64,000 nt of DNA from assembly GCA_027320425.1 (NCBI GenBank), contig DAHVLJ010000005.1, positions 22,832 to 86,831 on the forward strand, given 5' to 3'. The notes below the pieces were generated by a model that saw only the letters and a program-made list of their open reading frames with translations, was not told the origin of the DNA and did not search any database. Every line of letters starts with the position of its first letter. Positions within the stretch are counted from its first letter, which is position 1. Origin of the DNA: Nitrososphaerota archaeon. GTDB taxonomy: Archaea > Thermoproteota > Nitrososphaeria > Nitrososphaerales > Gagatemarchaeaceae. Below are positions 1 through 10,579 of the stretch, piece after piece. A program made the translations under genes and the position numbers.

Positions 1-13
1 ATGCTTTTCGAGC

Positions 14-319
14 TTAGCCGAAGAGCGAAGCGAGACCCTGTAGAGCCTCTTCTTCCTTCTTCTCCTCTTCCTTCGGCTTCTCTTCTGCCTTCGCAGCGGG
101 TGCGCCAGGAGCAGCGGCAGCCGCGGCAGGTGCCGCAGCCATGGTGGCCGCGTTCTTCAGCGCCTCGTCGATGTTTACCTCGCTGAGGGCAGATGCAAGA
201 GCCTTGATCTTCACTTCGTCTGGTGAGCTACCGGTTGCCTTGACGACGCTCGTCAGGTTCTCTTCGTTGACCGGCTTCCCCAGCTTGTGAAGAAGGAGGG
301 CGGCGTAAACGTACTCCAT
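14..319 (-). CDS. rpl12: 50S ribosomal protein L12 (P1/P2-type stalk protein)
   Basis: [11 protein letters not shown] start, Ala-rich hinge, acidic tail ending GLASLFG. Confidence 0.97.
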   Translation of the reverse strand: MEYVYAALLLHKLGKPVNEENLTSVVKATGSSPDEVKIKALASALSEVNIDEALKNAATMAAAPAAAAAAPGAPAAKAEEKPKEEEKKEEEALQGLASLFG

Positions 320-348
320 TTGAATTCGGAAAGGCGAACTTAGTTCGG

Positions 349-355
349 TATTTAA
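349..355 (-). promoter_or_regulatory. Putative TATA box for rpl12
   Basis: TTAAATA on minus strand about 30 nt upstream of the ATG at 319. Confidence 0.5.
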
Positions 356-849
356 CTATTTGACGCGGAATCCCCGGGCTGGTCCCTCGTCATCACCACA
401 TACTCCCCTTTGAACCCCAGTTTCTCGTACAGCGAATACGCGACCTTGTTGTTCGCCCTCACCATGAGGCCAGTCAGCTCGAACCCTCTCTTCCTGCTGA
501 CGTCAAGAGCCCGCCTCAACAGGGCCTCTCCGACCCCCCTGCCGCGGTGCCCCGGGACGACGAACAGGTCGTAGACCCAACCCACCTTCATGTCGCTGAA
601 CGGCCTTTCCGCGACCCCGAACCAGACGTACCCTGCGATCTCAGCGCTCCCGTCTACCATGGCGACATAGATCTCGTTCCCACCCACTCTCAGCTGGTCG
701 TCCATGCGCTCGGCGAACACCCTCTTCGCCCGACCGACGTCCTTCCGTTCTGTCTCGTTGAGCTCGTCAGGGAGCTCCTCCACAGAGAGCTTCTTGATCA
801 GCTGGAGCTCGTCCTTCCTCGCTTCTCTGACCGTGACCTCTGTTCTCAT
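352..849 (-). CDS. GNAT family N-acetyltransferase
   Basis: [15 protein letters not shown] acetyl-CoA motif, N..A..LYEKLGF; start taken at ATG 849 (MRTEV) below a TTTATC box at ~876-881. Confidence 0.88.
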   Translation of the reverse strand: MRTEVTVREARKDELQLIKKLSVEELPDELNETERKDVGRAKRVFAERMDDQLRVGGNEIYVAMVDGSAEIAGYVWFGVAERPFSDMKVGWVYDLFVVPGHRGRGVGEALLRRALDVSRKRGFELTGLMVRANNKVAYSLYEKLGFKGEYVVMTRDQPGDSASNS

Positions 850-968
850 CGCGTGGCATCGAAACTCATCTGCTCGATAAAGCGTTGCCCTAAGGAGGGC
901 CCTGGGGACCGAATCCCGACTCCGTCCCAAGTTTATCTACTTCAGGCCTTGGACACATCCAAGCCTAG

Positions 969-3689
969 TTGAATGAAAAGAAGCAAGCCCTGAAGGCAAA
1001 GTTCTCAGCGGATTACAAGAGGTACTACTTTGTCGACCTGTTCAGGCGCGAGGGCTTCGTCAGGCGGAGATGCGAGAGCTGCGGGAAATACTTCTGGACC
1101 CTCGACGATGAGAGGAAGCGGTGCGACGACCAGCCCTGCTCCCCCTACACCTTCATCGGCGACCCCCCGGCGTCGAAGAGGTTCGGTTACGTCGACGCGT
1201 GGAAGGCGGTCGAGTCATTCTTCGCCAAGAACGGTCACGCCATAGTCAAGCGCTACCCTGTGGTGAGCCGGTGGCGCCCTGACCTTTACTTCACTGTAGC
1301 CTCGATCATAGACTTCCAGAGGGTGGAGGGAGGGAAGGTGGTCTTCTCGCTCCCAGCCAACCCGCTGGTGGTCCCTCAGATGTGCCTGAGGTTCAACGAC
1401 GTCCCTACGGTAGGCGTGAACGGGAAGCACGGCACCTCTTTCTGCATGGTGGGCCAGACCGCGCTCGCGAACAAGGAAGGGTACTGGAAGGACAGGACCA
1501 TAGACCTCGACTTCGACCTCCTCACCAAGACCTTCGGCATCAAGAAGGAGGAGATCAGCTTCGACGAGGACGTCTGGATGGGGTACGGCGCTTTCGGGTA
1601 TTCTCTGCAGTACAACGTCCGCGGCCTCGAGACGGGCAACGCGGTCTTCACCGCGTTCGAGGGGAGCCCCGACAGGTACGTCCCACTGAAGGAGCCGGTG
1701 GTGGACATGGGAGCGGGCCTAGAGCGCCTCGCATGGCTCACCCAGGGGACCCCCACCGCGTATGACTCCTACCTGGCTCCGGTCCTCAGGAGGATGAAGG
1801 AGGAGAACCACGTCGAGTACGACGAGAAGCTCTTCCGCCGCTACTCAGCCCTCGCAGGTGAAATCAACCTCGACGAGTACAGGAACTTGGACGAGGCAAG
1901 GCAGAAGATTGCGAAGGCTCTGGGCGAAGACGCGTCCAAGCTCTGGAGCCAGTTCGGCGCGCTTGAAGCGATGTACGCGATCGCCGACCACACGAGGACG
2001 CTGCTCTTCGCCGTGGCCGACGGGATGCTCCCGTCCAACTCAGGGGGCGGCTACAACCTCAGGATGATCTTCAGGCGGGCCAGGAACTTCATCAACTATT
2101 ACAAGTTCGACCTCCAGGTCTCCGACCTCATCGACTGGCACATCGCCCAGCTGAAGGGGATGTACCCGGAGCTCGCAGAGCACGGCCCGGACGTGAAGGA
2201 AGTGCTGGGGGTCGAGGAGTCCAGGTTCACTTCATCCACTGAAAGGGTCTCCAAGATAGTCTCCTCTCTCTCCACTCAGGGGAAGGAGCTGACCACGGAC
2301 GAGCTGGTCAAGCTGTACGACTCGGACGGAGTCACTCCCGAGCAGCTGATGGAAGCGGGAGCCAAGGTGAGCCCTCCTGAAGGGTTCTACGAGAAGGTGC
2401 AGGCCCGCCATCTGACGCGGGAGCTTGAGCAGCCTAAGATGCAGTTCGACACGAGGATGCTGAAGCCGACAAAGCTCTGGTACTACGAGGAAGGGGCGCC
2501 CTTTGACTTCACCGCGAAGGTGGTAAAGGTCTTCGAAGGCAGATACGTGGTCCTTGACCGGACAGGGTTCTATCCGAGGGGAGGGGGGCAGGAGCCTGAC
2601 AGGGGGACCATCGGAGGAGCAAAGGTGGTCGACATCGAAAAGTACGGCGACGTGGTGATCCACAAGGTCGAAGGAAAGGCGCCGAAGCCAGGCGCTCGCG
2701 TAGAGTGCCGCGTCGACCAGCGCAGGCGCAGGAGGGTGACCCAGATCCACACCGCCACCCACATCATCAACGGCTCCTCGAGGCAGGTGCTGGGCCCCTG
2801 GGTCTGGCAGCACTCCGCGTTCAAGGAAGAAGACTACGGCAGGATAGACATCACGCACTTCTCGCATCTGACCGAGGCGCAGGTGCAGAAGATCGAAGAC
2901 GTAGCGAACGAGATAGTGAGGAAGAACCTGGCGGTGAAGAACACTTGGATGCCTAGGCAGGAGGCGGAGACAAGATACGGCTTCAGGCTCTACCAGGGCG
3001 GCGTCGTTCCGGGGAAGCTCGTAAGGGTGGTGGACATAGGAGGCTGGGACGTCGAAGCCTGCGGCGGCACGCACGCGAGGTCGACCGGGGAGGTCGGGCT
3101 GATCAAGATAACGAAGGCAGAGAGGGTCCAGGACGGCGTAGAACGGCTAGAGTTCGTCGCCGGGGAGGCGGCGGTAGAGTTCATGCACAGGATGGACTCT
3201 GAGCTCGGGGAGCTGTCTTCGATCTTCGGGACCCAGAGAGAGAATCTGCCGAGGGTGGCCAAGGGGATCCTGGGAGAGCTGGCCGAGTCCAGAGCGAAGG
3301 AGAAGGCGCTCGGACAGAAGGTCGTGGAGATGTCGTCGTCTGGGGTAGCTTCGGAAGCGAAGAGAGTCGGGGGCGCAAAGCTTTACGTATCTAAGAGCCC
3401 TTCCCTGGGCGAGGAACAGATTATTGCTCAAGGACAGAAGAGCGTCGCCGACGACCCGTCCCTAGTTTACGTCACGGTGTTCTCCACCGGCAAATCTGCA
3501 AGGATCATCTGCTTCGTCGGAACAGAGGCCGCGAAGTCTGGATTCTCAGCCGTCGACGTCGTAAGGAAGCTGGCCCCGACGCTCGGTGGATCAGGCGGCG
3601 GCTCCCCGACGTTCGCGCAGGGGGGCGGACCTCTGGTGGGCAAGATTGATGACGCCGCTTCCGCAGCTGAAAACCTCTCGTCGAGTTGA
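969..3689 (+). CDS. alaS: Alanine--tRNA ligase (archaeal type)
   Basis: N-terminal CxxC element, DMGAGLER, IADHTR, editing domain HTATH/CGGTH, C-terminal GGSGGG..FAQGGG. Confidence 0.97.
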   Translation: MNEKKQALKAKFSADYKRYYFVDLFRREGFVRRRCESCGKYFWTLDDERKRCDDQPCSPYTFIGDPPASKRFGYVDAWKAVESFFAKNGHAIVKRYPVVSRWRPDLYFTVASIIDFQRVEGGKVVFSLPANPLVVPQMCLRFNDVPTVGVNGKHGTSFCMVGQTALANKEGYWKDRTIDLDFDLLTKTFGIKKEEISFDEDVWMGYGAFGYSLQYNVRGLETGNAVFTAFEGSPDRYVPLKEPVVDMGAGLERLAWLTQGTPTAYDSYLAPVLRRMKEENHVEYDEKLFRRYSALAGEINLDEYRNLDEARQKIAKALGEDASKLWSQFGALEAMYAIADHTRTLLFAVADGMLPSNSGGGYNLRMIFRRARNFINYYKFDLQVSDLIDWHIAQLKGMYPELAEHGPDVKEVLGVEESRFTSSTERVSKIVSSLSTQGKELTTDELVKLYDSDGVTPEQLMEAGAKVSPPEGFYEKVQARHLTRELEQPKMQFDTRMLKPTKLWYYEEGAPFDFTAKVVKVFEGRYVVLDRTGFYPRGGGQEPDRGTIGGAKVVDIEKYGDVVIHKVEGKAPKPGARVECRVDQRRRRRVTQIHTATHIINGSSRQVLGPWVWQHSAFKEEDYGRIDITHFSHLTEAQVQKIEDVANEIVRKNLAVKNTWMPRQEAETRYGFRLYQGGVVPGKLVRVVDIGGWDVEACGGTHARSTGEVGLIKITKAERVQDGVERLEFVAGEAAVEFMHRMDSELGELSSIFGTQRENLPRVAKGILGELAESRAKEKALGQKVVEMSSSGVASEAKRVGGAKLYVSKSPSLGEEQIIAQGQKSVADDPSLVYVTVFSTGKSARIICFVGTEAAKSGFSAVDVVRKLAPTLGGSGGGSPTFAQGGGPLVGKIDDAASAAENLSSS

Positions 3690-6526
3690 CAGGGATGTCA
3701 GCGCGCGAGAAGTACTGGCTGAAAGTATGGGACGACAAACACGCCTTCGAACCTGACCCGGTGGCCGGGAAGAAGAAGGTCTTCGTCACTTTCCCTTTCC
3801 CATACATGAACTCGGCCGTCCACGTCGGGACCGCTTTCACTGCCAGTCACCTTGAGTTCTATTCTCGTTTCAAGAGGCTTCAGGGGTACAACGTCCTCTT
3901 CCCCTGGGCCTGGCACTGGACCGGGACGACAATCGTCGGGATGAGCAAGAGGCTCAAGGAAGGCGACCCGAGCGTCAGACGGGCGTTCATCGAGCTCGAC
4001 CACGTCCCGGAGAAGGAAGTCGCGAAGTTCGTCGAGCCGGAATACCTCGCCTCCTACTACACCAAGCAGAGCCGTCAGGTGATGAAGGAGACGGGGTTCT
4101 CAATAGACTGGAGGCGCGAGTTCAGGACCATCGACCCCGCCTTCAGGAAGTTCGTGGAGTGGCAGTATCTGCACCTCCGCGAGCTCGGGTACGTGGTCCA
4201 GGGGACCCATCCCGTGGTGTGGTGCCCCTTCGACAAGAGCCCCACGGGCGACCATGACAGGCTGGAGGGTGAGGGGGTGTCCCCGACCGAGTTCAGCCTG
4301 ATCAAGTTCCACCTGGGTGAGTTCGCGCTCGTCGCCGCCACACTGAGGCCCGAGACCATCTACGGGGCTACAAACATCTGGGTCAACCCTGAAGCCGACT
4401 ACAGCGAGGCACGCGTGGACGGAGAGCTCTGGATAGTGAGCTCGGCCGCCCTCGCGAAGCTTTCAGAACAGAAGCACGACGTGGTCCCCGTCCGGGAGTT
4501 CAAGGGCTCCGACCTATTCGGGAGGTATGCGATGGCGCCGCTGACGGGGAAGTCGCTCCCAATCCTTCCAGGGAAGTTCGTCGACCCGTCACTTTCGACC
4601 GGAGTCGTGTTCAGCGTCCCAGCCCACGCTCCATACGACCTGATGGCACTGCGGGACATCCAGGAGGGGAGGGTGCAGGTGGGCAGGCAGATCAAAGAGA
4701 TCGCCGACGGCATCGTCCCGATACCGATCCTCTCATTGGCAGGATATTCGAAGGTCCCTGCCGAAGACGCCGTAAGGAAAATGGAGGTCAAGGACTCCAT
4801 GGACCCTAACCTTGAGGCCGCCACACAGGAGGTGTACAGCGCCGAGTTCCACAAGGGGGTCCTGAGCCAGAACTCAGGGCCCCTATCGGGGATGACTGTC
4901 CCAGATGCCAAGACCAAGGCCATGGAGCTCATCTCCAAGACAGGGAGGTCTGCCAAGATGTTCGAGCTCGCAGAGAAAGTGGTCTGCCGCTGCGGCACCA
5001 GATGCTACGTCAAGATCCTCGAGAACCAGTGGTTCCTGAACTATTCCAACCCTGAGTGGAAGGCAAAGGCGAAGCTCGTGGTCGAAAGGGCGGTGATGTA
5101 TCCAGAAGATGCGAGACAGGTCTTCTACTCGACCATAGAGTGGCTGAACGACTGGCCGTGCGCAAGGCGCTCAGGCATGGGGACCAGGCTCCCCTGGGAC
5201 AAGGACTGGCTGGTTGAGACCCTGAGCGACTCTACCGTCTACATGGCCTACTATTCCATCAGCAAGTTCGTCAACGCCGAGAAGATAGGGCCCGACAGCC
5301 TGACTCCCGAAGTGCTGGACTACGTGCTTCTTGGGAAGGGGAACCCTGCGAGCCTGGCAAAGGCTGTCAAGACGACCGAGCGGGTGTTGAAAGACATGAG
5401 GACCGAGTTCACCTACTGGTATCCTGTAGACCTCCGCAATTCGGGGAAGGACCTCATTCCAAACCATCTCACCTTCTATGCGTTCCATCACGCGGCGCTC
5501 TTCCCAGAGAAGCAGTGGCCGCGAGGGTTCGGCATCAACGGCATGATCACCATCGAGGGGAAGAAGATGAGCAAGTCGAGAGGCAACTTCGTTACCTGGA
5601 AGGACGCCAAGGTGAAGTACGGCTCCGACGCGTTCAGGCTAGCCCTCGCGCTGACTGCAGACGGGATGGACGATGCGGACTGGAGGGACAGAGCCGCCAT
5701 GGACGCGAAGGAGAAGGTAGAGGCGGTCATCCCGTTCGTAAAGAAGACGATGGACGCCTCGGTCAACCGGGAGGAGAACGCACTGGACTCCTGGCTGGTC
5801 TCCTCTGTCAACGGGCGGATAGCCACGGCGACGGGTGCCTTGGAGGAACTGCGGATGAGGAGGGCCTCGGCTACGATCTTCTTGGACATCTGGAACGACC
5901 TGCGATACTACCTGAGAAGGTCGGGGAAGCCTCGGCGCCAGACGCTGAGCGAAGTGTTCAACGCCTGGGTCAGGATGATGTCTCCGTTCACGCCCTTCAT
6001 GTCCGAGGACCTGAACCGCGAGCTGGGCGGTAAGGGCCTGGTCTGCCAGGCCGACTGGCCGACCCCAAAGGACTTCCCGGTGGATCAGGAGGCTCTGCTG
6101 GCAGAGGCGGTCCTGGGGAAGGTCATAGAAGACGCGCGCAACGTCCTGAAGGTCGTGAGGGGACCCAGGACGAAGCTGAACGTCTACGTCTGCTCAGACG
6201 CGGCCAAGAGCTACTTCTACGAGATGGCATCGGCAAAACAGAAGAAAGAGAACGTCGGCCTGGTCGTGAAGAAGTACTCGCAGCTTGGCATACAGCCTGA
6301 CAGAGTGTTCAAGCTCAGCTTCGAGATCGGAGAAGAGCTGCTCGGGAAGATTCTCTCCCACAAGGGGTTCGACGAGTTCAAGGCGCTGTCGGAGGCGTCA
6401 TCTTTCATGTCGGCAGAGCTGGGAATCGAGGTCTCAGTGCAGAAGGCAGGCGCCAAGACCACAAGGGACCCGGCGAACAGAGCAAAAGACGCGCTGCCCA
6501 CCAAGCCGGCGCTCTATCTGGAATAG
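3686..6526 (+). CDS. leuS: Leucine--tRNA ligase (archaeal type)
   Basis: FPFPYMN..HVGT (HIGH), ATLRPET editing domain, KMSKS; TTG overlaps alaS stop (alternative ATG at 3695). Confidence 0.96.
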   Translation: MTGMSAREKYWLKVWDDKHAFEPDPVAGKKKVFVTFPFPYMNSAVHVGTAFTASHLEFYSRFKRLQGYNVLFPWAWHWTGTTIVGMSKRLKEGDPSVRRAFIELDHVPEKEVAKFVEPEYLASYYTKQSRQVMKETGFSIDWRREFRTIDPAFRKFVEWQYLHLRELGYVVQGTHPVVWCPFDKSPTGDHDRLEGEGVSPTEFSLIKFHLGEFALVAATLRPETIYGATNIWVNPEADYSEARVDGELWIVSSAALAKLSEQKHDVVPVREFKGSDLFGRYAMAPLTGKSLPILPGKFVDPSLSTGVVFSVPAHAPYDLMALRDIQEGRVQVGRQIKEIADGIVPIPILSLAGYSKVPAEDAVRKMEVKDSMDPNLEAATQEVYSAEFHKGVLSQNSGPLSGMTVPDAKTKAMELISKTGRSAKMFELAEKVVCRCGTRCYVKILENQWFLNYSNPEWKAKAKLVVERAVMYPEDARQVFYSTIEWLNDWPCARRSGMGTRLPWDKDWLVETLSDSTVYMAYYSISKFVNAEKIGPDSLTPEVLDYVLLGKGNPASLAKAVKTTERVLKDMRTEFTYWYPVDLRNSGKDLIPNHLTFYAFHHAALFPEKQWPRGFGINGMITIEGKKMSKSRGNFVTWKDAKVKYGSDAFRLALALTADGMDDADWRDRAAMDAKEKVEAVIPFVKKTMDASVNREENALDSWLVSSVNGRIATATGALEELRMRRASATIFLDIWNDLRYYLRRSGKPRRQTLSEVFNAWVRMMSPFTPFMSEDLNRELGGKGLVCQADWPTPKDFPVDQEALLAEAVLGKVIEDARNVLKVVRGPRTKLNVYVCSDAAKSYFYEMASAKQKKENVGLVVKKYSQLGIQPDRVFKLSFEIGEELLGKILSHKGFDEFKALSEASSFMSAELGIEVSVQKAGAKTTRDPANRAKDALPTKPALYLE

Positions 6527-6559
6527 AACCATGCGACCGGAGCGGCCCGGAAGCTCACT

Positions 6560-6715
6560 TCAGCCGCCGATCTTGTACATTCCAGTGCCGCAGACGGGGC
6601 AGACGCCCTTCATGGCATGACGCCCGTTCTTCATGGTCACGCTTTGAGGGCTTTTCATTTCTCGGCTCGCTTTGCACTTGACGCAATACGCTTGTACCGT
6701 GGTCTGTCGGCTCAA
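6560..6715 (-). CDS. Small basic zinc-ribbon protein (DUF5679-like)
   Basis: YCVKCK...MKNGR.AMKGVCPVCGT.MYKIG; TTG at 6715 below a TTTATA box at ~6733-6738. Confidence 0.8.
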   Translation of the reverse strand: MSRQTTVQAYCVKCKASREMKSPQSVTMKNGRHAMKGVCPVCGTGMYKIGG

Positions 6716-6813
6716 ACGTCGGATCGACCCGCTATAAACCGCACCGTTAGAACCCCTCTTGAACGCGGTTATACCCATGGTTCAAATACGGGAAACGGTC
6801 GCGCAAGCGTGAG

Positions 6814-7716
6814 ATGGCCGCCGAGAGCCCGAGTCTCAAGGCCGTAGCGAGGGTAAGGATGTCTGATGAATGGTCAGACTACACCCTCTACGAGCGCCTT
6901 TCGAAGACCGTGTCTGCTGACAGCCCTTTTTCGACAGTGCTGAAGACCTTGTCCGACACCGAACACGGTCACTACGAGTTCTGGCGAAGATACGTCCCGG
7001 GCGAAGAGCCCAAGCTTGCGAAGCTCAAGCTCTATTGGGTGCTCTTCCTCAGGAGGTTCCTCGGACTGACTTTCGCCACCAGATATCTCGACAGGCACGA
7101 GGCCAAGGTGGTGGCGGAGTATCGTGCGCTCGCCTCACTGATCCCACCTGAGGATAAGACCGCCTTCGACCTGATGGTCTCTGACGAAAAAGACCACGAG
7201 AAGGCGTTTGCTATGAAAGCCGAAAGCACGGCGGTCGCCTACATCTCTTTCGTGGTCCTCGGCCTGGCAGACGCCTTGGTCGAGATCTCGGGGATACACG
7301 CAGGGTGGCTGGGCCTCTTCGAGAAGACAGAGATCGCAGGGCTCGCCGGCATCATCGCAGGAGGGGCCGCGTCGCTCGCGATGGCCTCCGCTGCGTTCGC
7401 CCAGGCGAAGCAGGGAGGGTTCAAAGGCTCCGCGAGGGTGAGCGCCGCTTACACTGGTGTTTCCTATTTCGTGACCGCGGTCCTGCTGGCCACCCCATAC
7501 TTCCTTACCACTAGCATGCCGTTGGCGCTGGGAGGGTCCCTTACCATGGCCGTCATAATCCTCGCGATAACGACCTGGTACAGCGTCGTCATCCAGCAGA
7601 AGCTGTTCATGAGAGACTTCTTCGAGATACTGCTCATCCTCTTCGCGACCACAATCGTGGTCTTCACCCTGGGGTTCGCAGTCAGTACCGCGTTCCCTGG
7701 GATCAAGGTCCTCTAG
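6814..7716 (+). CDS. Ferritin/rubrerythrin-like domain fused to VIT1/CCC1 membrane domain (iron exporter, MbfA-like)
   Basis: N-terminal ExxH pairs (TEHGH, DEKDH), then VVLGLADALVEI VIT1 signature and several TM helices. Confidence 0.8.
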   Translation: MAAESPSLKAVARVRMSDEWSDYTLYERLSKTVSADSPFSTVLKTLSDTEHGHYEFWRRYVPGEEPKLAKLKLYWVLFLRRFLGLTFATRYLDRHEAKVVAEYRALASLIPPEDKTAFDLMVSDEKDHEKAFAMKAESTAVAYISFVVLGLADALVEISGIHAGWLGLFEKTEIAGLAGIIAGGAASLAMASAAFAQAKQGGFKGSARVSAAYTGVSYFVTAVLLATPYFLTTSMPLALGGSLTMAVIILAITTWYSVVIQQKLFMRDFFEILLILFATTIVVFTLGFAVSTAFPGIKVL

Positions 7717-7782
7717 GGCCGAGAGCGCAAGAAACCGACAAAACGTCTTATTACCAAACCCGCTCGCCTGAGGCGAGAACCA

Positions 7783-8655
7783 GTGCAGAGAGCCGTCGCC
7801 CTTCAGAGGGGCCCAACGAAGAAGGCAGAAATGGTGAAACAGGTCTGTGATTACATCAGGGAGAACTCCACGGGCCGGATCACCCTGAAGAGCCTTGGCG
7901 CAAGCTTCGGCGTCAGCCCCTTCCATCTGCAGAGGATCTTCACGGAGGTCATGGGGATGTCTCCCAGAGAGTACCTCGAAGAGTTCAGGGTGAGCAGGCT
8001 AAGGGAGCATCTGTCGAAGGGTGAGCCGGTCGTGCGAGCTCTGAGGGGGACAGGGTATTCGGCGCAGAGCTGGCTCTATGAAGACTCGAAGAGGAGACTC
8101 GGGATGACGCCTGCCACGTACCGCAGAGGGGGCCAGGGGGCGGCCATAGCTTACGCCACGGGGACGTCGTCTCTGGGCCGCCTGCTCGTCGCCACGACAG
8201 ACCACGGTGTCTGTGCGGTCAAGGCGGGGAGAAACGACGAAGAGCTGGTCAGAGCACTGAAGGCGGAGTTCCCGAATGCGAAGATGGAGAAAGCGGCCAG
8301 GGCAAAGCGCTACCTCGACGCCCTGAACAAGCACCTGAGCGGACAGGAAGTCAGGTTCCCGCTCGACGTCAGGGGGACCGACTTCCAGCTACGGGTCTGG
8401 ACGGCCCTCAGGGGAATCCCCCTCGGCGAGACGCGTTCATATCACGAGGTGGCAGAGATGGTGGGACGGCCAAAGGCCGTCAGGGCGGTTGCCAACGCCT
8501 GTGCGTCCAATCCTGTGCCTCTCATAATCCCATGCCACCGCGTGATCCGGAAGGACGGAAGCCTGGGAGGATACGGCCTCGGAATCTACAGGAAGAGGGC
8601 CCTCCTGTCCAGAGAAAGCGCGATGGCCCCGGGGAAGGAAACAGACAACAGTTGA
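7783..8655 (+). CDS. AraC-type HTH + methylated-DNA--protein-cysteine methyltransferase (Ada-like)
   Basis: GVSPFHLQRIF HTH, GTDFQ..VW, AVRAVANACA.NP, active site IPCHRV. Confidence 0.9.
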   Translation: MQRAVALQRGPTKKAEMVKQVCDYIRENSTGRITLKSLGASFGVSPFHLQRIFTEVMGMSPREYLEEFRVSRLREHLSKGEPVVRALRGTGYSAQSWLYEDSKRRLGMTPATYRRGGQGAAIAYATGTSSLGRLLVATTDHGVCAVKAGRNDEELVRALKAEFPNAKMEKAARAKRYLDALNKHLSGQEVRFPLDVRGTDFQLRVWTALRGIPLGETRSYHEVAEMVGRPKAVRAVANACASNPVPLIIPCHRVIRKDGSLGGYGLGIYRKRALLSRESAMAPGKETDNS

Positions 8656-9527
8656 GCTTGAAGAGCGTAACCGCCTATTCTGGGCTCGTGGTTCTCAGCC
8701 TGATATGGGGGATGGCTTTCGTAGCGATAAAAGAAGTGGAAATCGAGCTTTCTCCCGTCAACCTGGCGCTGTTGAGATGGCTCATCGCAGCTATCCCATT
8801 CCTGATACTCCTCCCCGTCATAGGGAGGCCGAAGGTCAGATTCGAAAGAAAAGACATCCCCAGACTCCTTGCGGTCGCTCTAGCCAACGTCGCAGGCTAT
8901 CACCTGTCCCTGAACTACGCCGAGACGACGCTGTCCGCCGGCTTGTCGGCGCTGCTGATCGCTTTCGGTCCTATCTTCATCGTGATCCTCTCGTATCTCC
9001 TCCTTCATGAGAAGGCCGGACGGCGGGTCCTGGTCGGCCTGCTACTGGCGTTCGCCGGGACGGTCGTCCTTTCCATCGGAACCGTCAGTGCGAGCGACTT
9101 CTCTTCCCTTACAGGGGTGGCTGAGGCTTTGTTCACCGCACTGTGCTACGCCGTGTTCGCCGTCCTCGGGAAGCCGCTTGTGACCAAGTACGGGTCGGCT
9201 CCGACGACCATACTCGCAGGTCTGGTTGGGACCGCGATGATGACACCCCTTTTGACGAGGAGCTTTTTCAGCCAGGCCGCGTCTCTGTCATTCGACGGCT
9301 GGCTGGGCGTCCTGTACCTGGGGCTGCTGAGCACGGTGTTCGGGTACCTGATGTTCTACACCCTCGTGAGCAGAGGGGCGGTCACGAGGCTTTCGATTCA
9401 GCTCTACCTGATACCTGTCGTAAGCATCGCCGGAGGCGCGCTGCTGCTGGCCGAGCAGGTCACGCCAACCGTGGTGGTCGGCGGCGCCATGATGCTCGCT
9501 GCTGTAGCTATCTCCACCAAGAAGTAG
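8652..9527 (+). CDS. EamA/DMT family transporter
   Basis: LIWGMAFVAIK start, about 10 TM helices, duplicated EamA pattern; TTG at 8652 overlaps upstream stop. Confidence 0.88.
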   Translation: MSLKSVTAYSGLVVLSLIWGMAFVAIKEVEIELSPVNLALLRWLIAAIPFLILLPVIGRPKVRFERKDIPRLLAVALANVAGYHLSLNYAETTLSAGLSALLIAFGPIFIVILSYLLLHEKAGRRVLVGLLLAFAGTVVLSIGTVSASDFSSLTGVAEALFTALCYAVFAVLGKPLVTKYGSAPTTILAGLVGTAMMTPLLTRSFFSQAASLSFDGWLGVLYLGLLSTVFGYLMFYTLVSRGAVTRLSIQLYLIPVVSIAGGALLLAEQVTPTVVVGGAMMLAAVAISTKK

Positions 9528-9566
9528 CGAAGGCATGGAAGCGTCAACTTCATCTACCACAAGGCC

Positions 9567-10511
9567 GTGGCGGTCACAACCGGCGAATTGAGAAGTATTC
9601 TCTCTGTTTCCGACCTTTCGGCGTCCGAGCTGGATTCCCTGGTAAAGCGGTCGGCGGTACTGAAGAAGCAGATGCGCGCCAGGAAGCCGCCCTCGACCCT
9701 CGCAGGCAAAGTGGTCGGACTGCTCTTCGAGAAGCCTTCGACAAGGACCCGGACGAGCTTCGAGGTTGCGACCATCCGCCTCGGAGGTGACCCGGTCTAT
9801 CTCTCCGCTGGAGAGCTTCAACTGAGCAGGGGCGAGCCCGTCAGAGACACCGCGAGGATCTTGGGGGGATATCTGGACGCGATTGTAGGGAGGGTGTACT
9901 CGCAAGAGACGCTTTCTGAGCTGGCGAGGTATTCCGGGAGGCCTGTGGTAAACGCCCTGAGCGACACGGAGCACCCAACTCAGATTATCTCAGACTTGTT
10001 AACGATAAGCGAGGTCAAAGGGAAGCTCAAGGGACTCACCACCGCGTACATCGGCGACGGGAACAACGTCAGCAACTCGCTGTTGCTTGGCGGCGCCCTG
10101 ACTGGGATGAACGTGCTCGTCGCCTGCCCTGAGGGATACGAGCCTGACTCGAAGATCTACAAAGCGGCGCGGTCGATTGCAAGAAAGACTGGAGCTGACA
10201 TCGCTACGGTACGGGACCCGAAGGAAGCCCTGGCGAACGCAGACGTAGTGTACACAGACGTATGGGTGAGCATGGGCGAAGAGTCCGAGAAAGAGAAGAA
10301 GACGCGGGCGTTCAAAGGCTATCAGATCAACGCCGCCTTGATGAAGTCGGCTCCGAAGAGCGCGGTCGTGATGCACTGTCTTCCGGCTCACCGCGGACTG
10401 GAGATCACGGACGACGTGATCGAAGGAAAGCAGTCCGTCGTATGGCAGGAAGGAGAGAACAAGCTTTACGGCGCCGCCGCTTCGCTGGAGTTCATCTGCG
10501 GAGCGCACTAG
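9567..10511 (+). CDS. argF: Ornithine carbamoyltransferase
   Basis: FEKPSTRT, HPTQ, DVWVSMG, HCLP motifs. Confidence 0.95.
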   Translation: MAVTTGELRSILSVSDLSASELDSLVKRSAVLKKQMRARKPPSTLAGKVVGLLFEKPSTRTRTSFEVATIRLGGDPVYLSAGELQLSRGEPVRDTARILGGYLDAIVGRVYSQETLSELARYSGRPVVNALSDTEHPTQIISDLLTISEVKGKLKGLTTAYIGDGNNVSNSLLLGGALTGMNVLVACPEGYEPDSKIYKAARSIARKTGADIATVRDPKEALANADVVYTDVWVSMGEESEKEKKTRAFKGYQINAALMKSAPKSAVVMHCLPAHRGLEITDDVIEGKQSVVWQEGENKLYGAAASLEFICGAH

Positions 10512-10579
10512 GCGAGAGAACCCGAAACTCGAATCCCGAGCGAGCCCGACCCACGTCTCCTGGTCGCAGTTGCGACCGT

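Noticed and set aside
10440..10475. ArgF ENK instead of ENR as a sign of altered specificity
   Set aside because: Conservative change; STRT, HPTQ, SMG and HCLP are all intact
10562..10577. GGTCGCA-GT-TGCGACC inverted repeat as a terminator
   Set aside because: Short, no U-tract, and archaeal termination does not generally need hairpins; insufficient support
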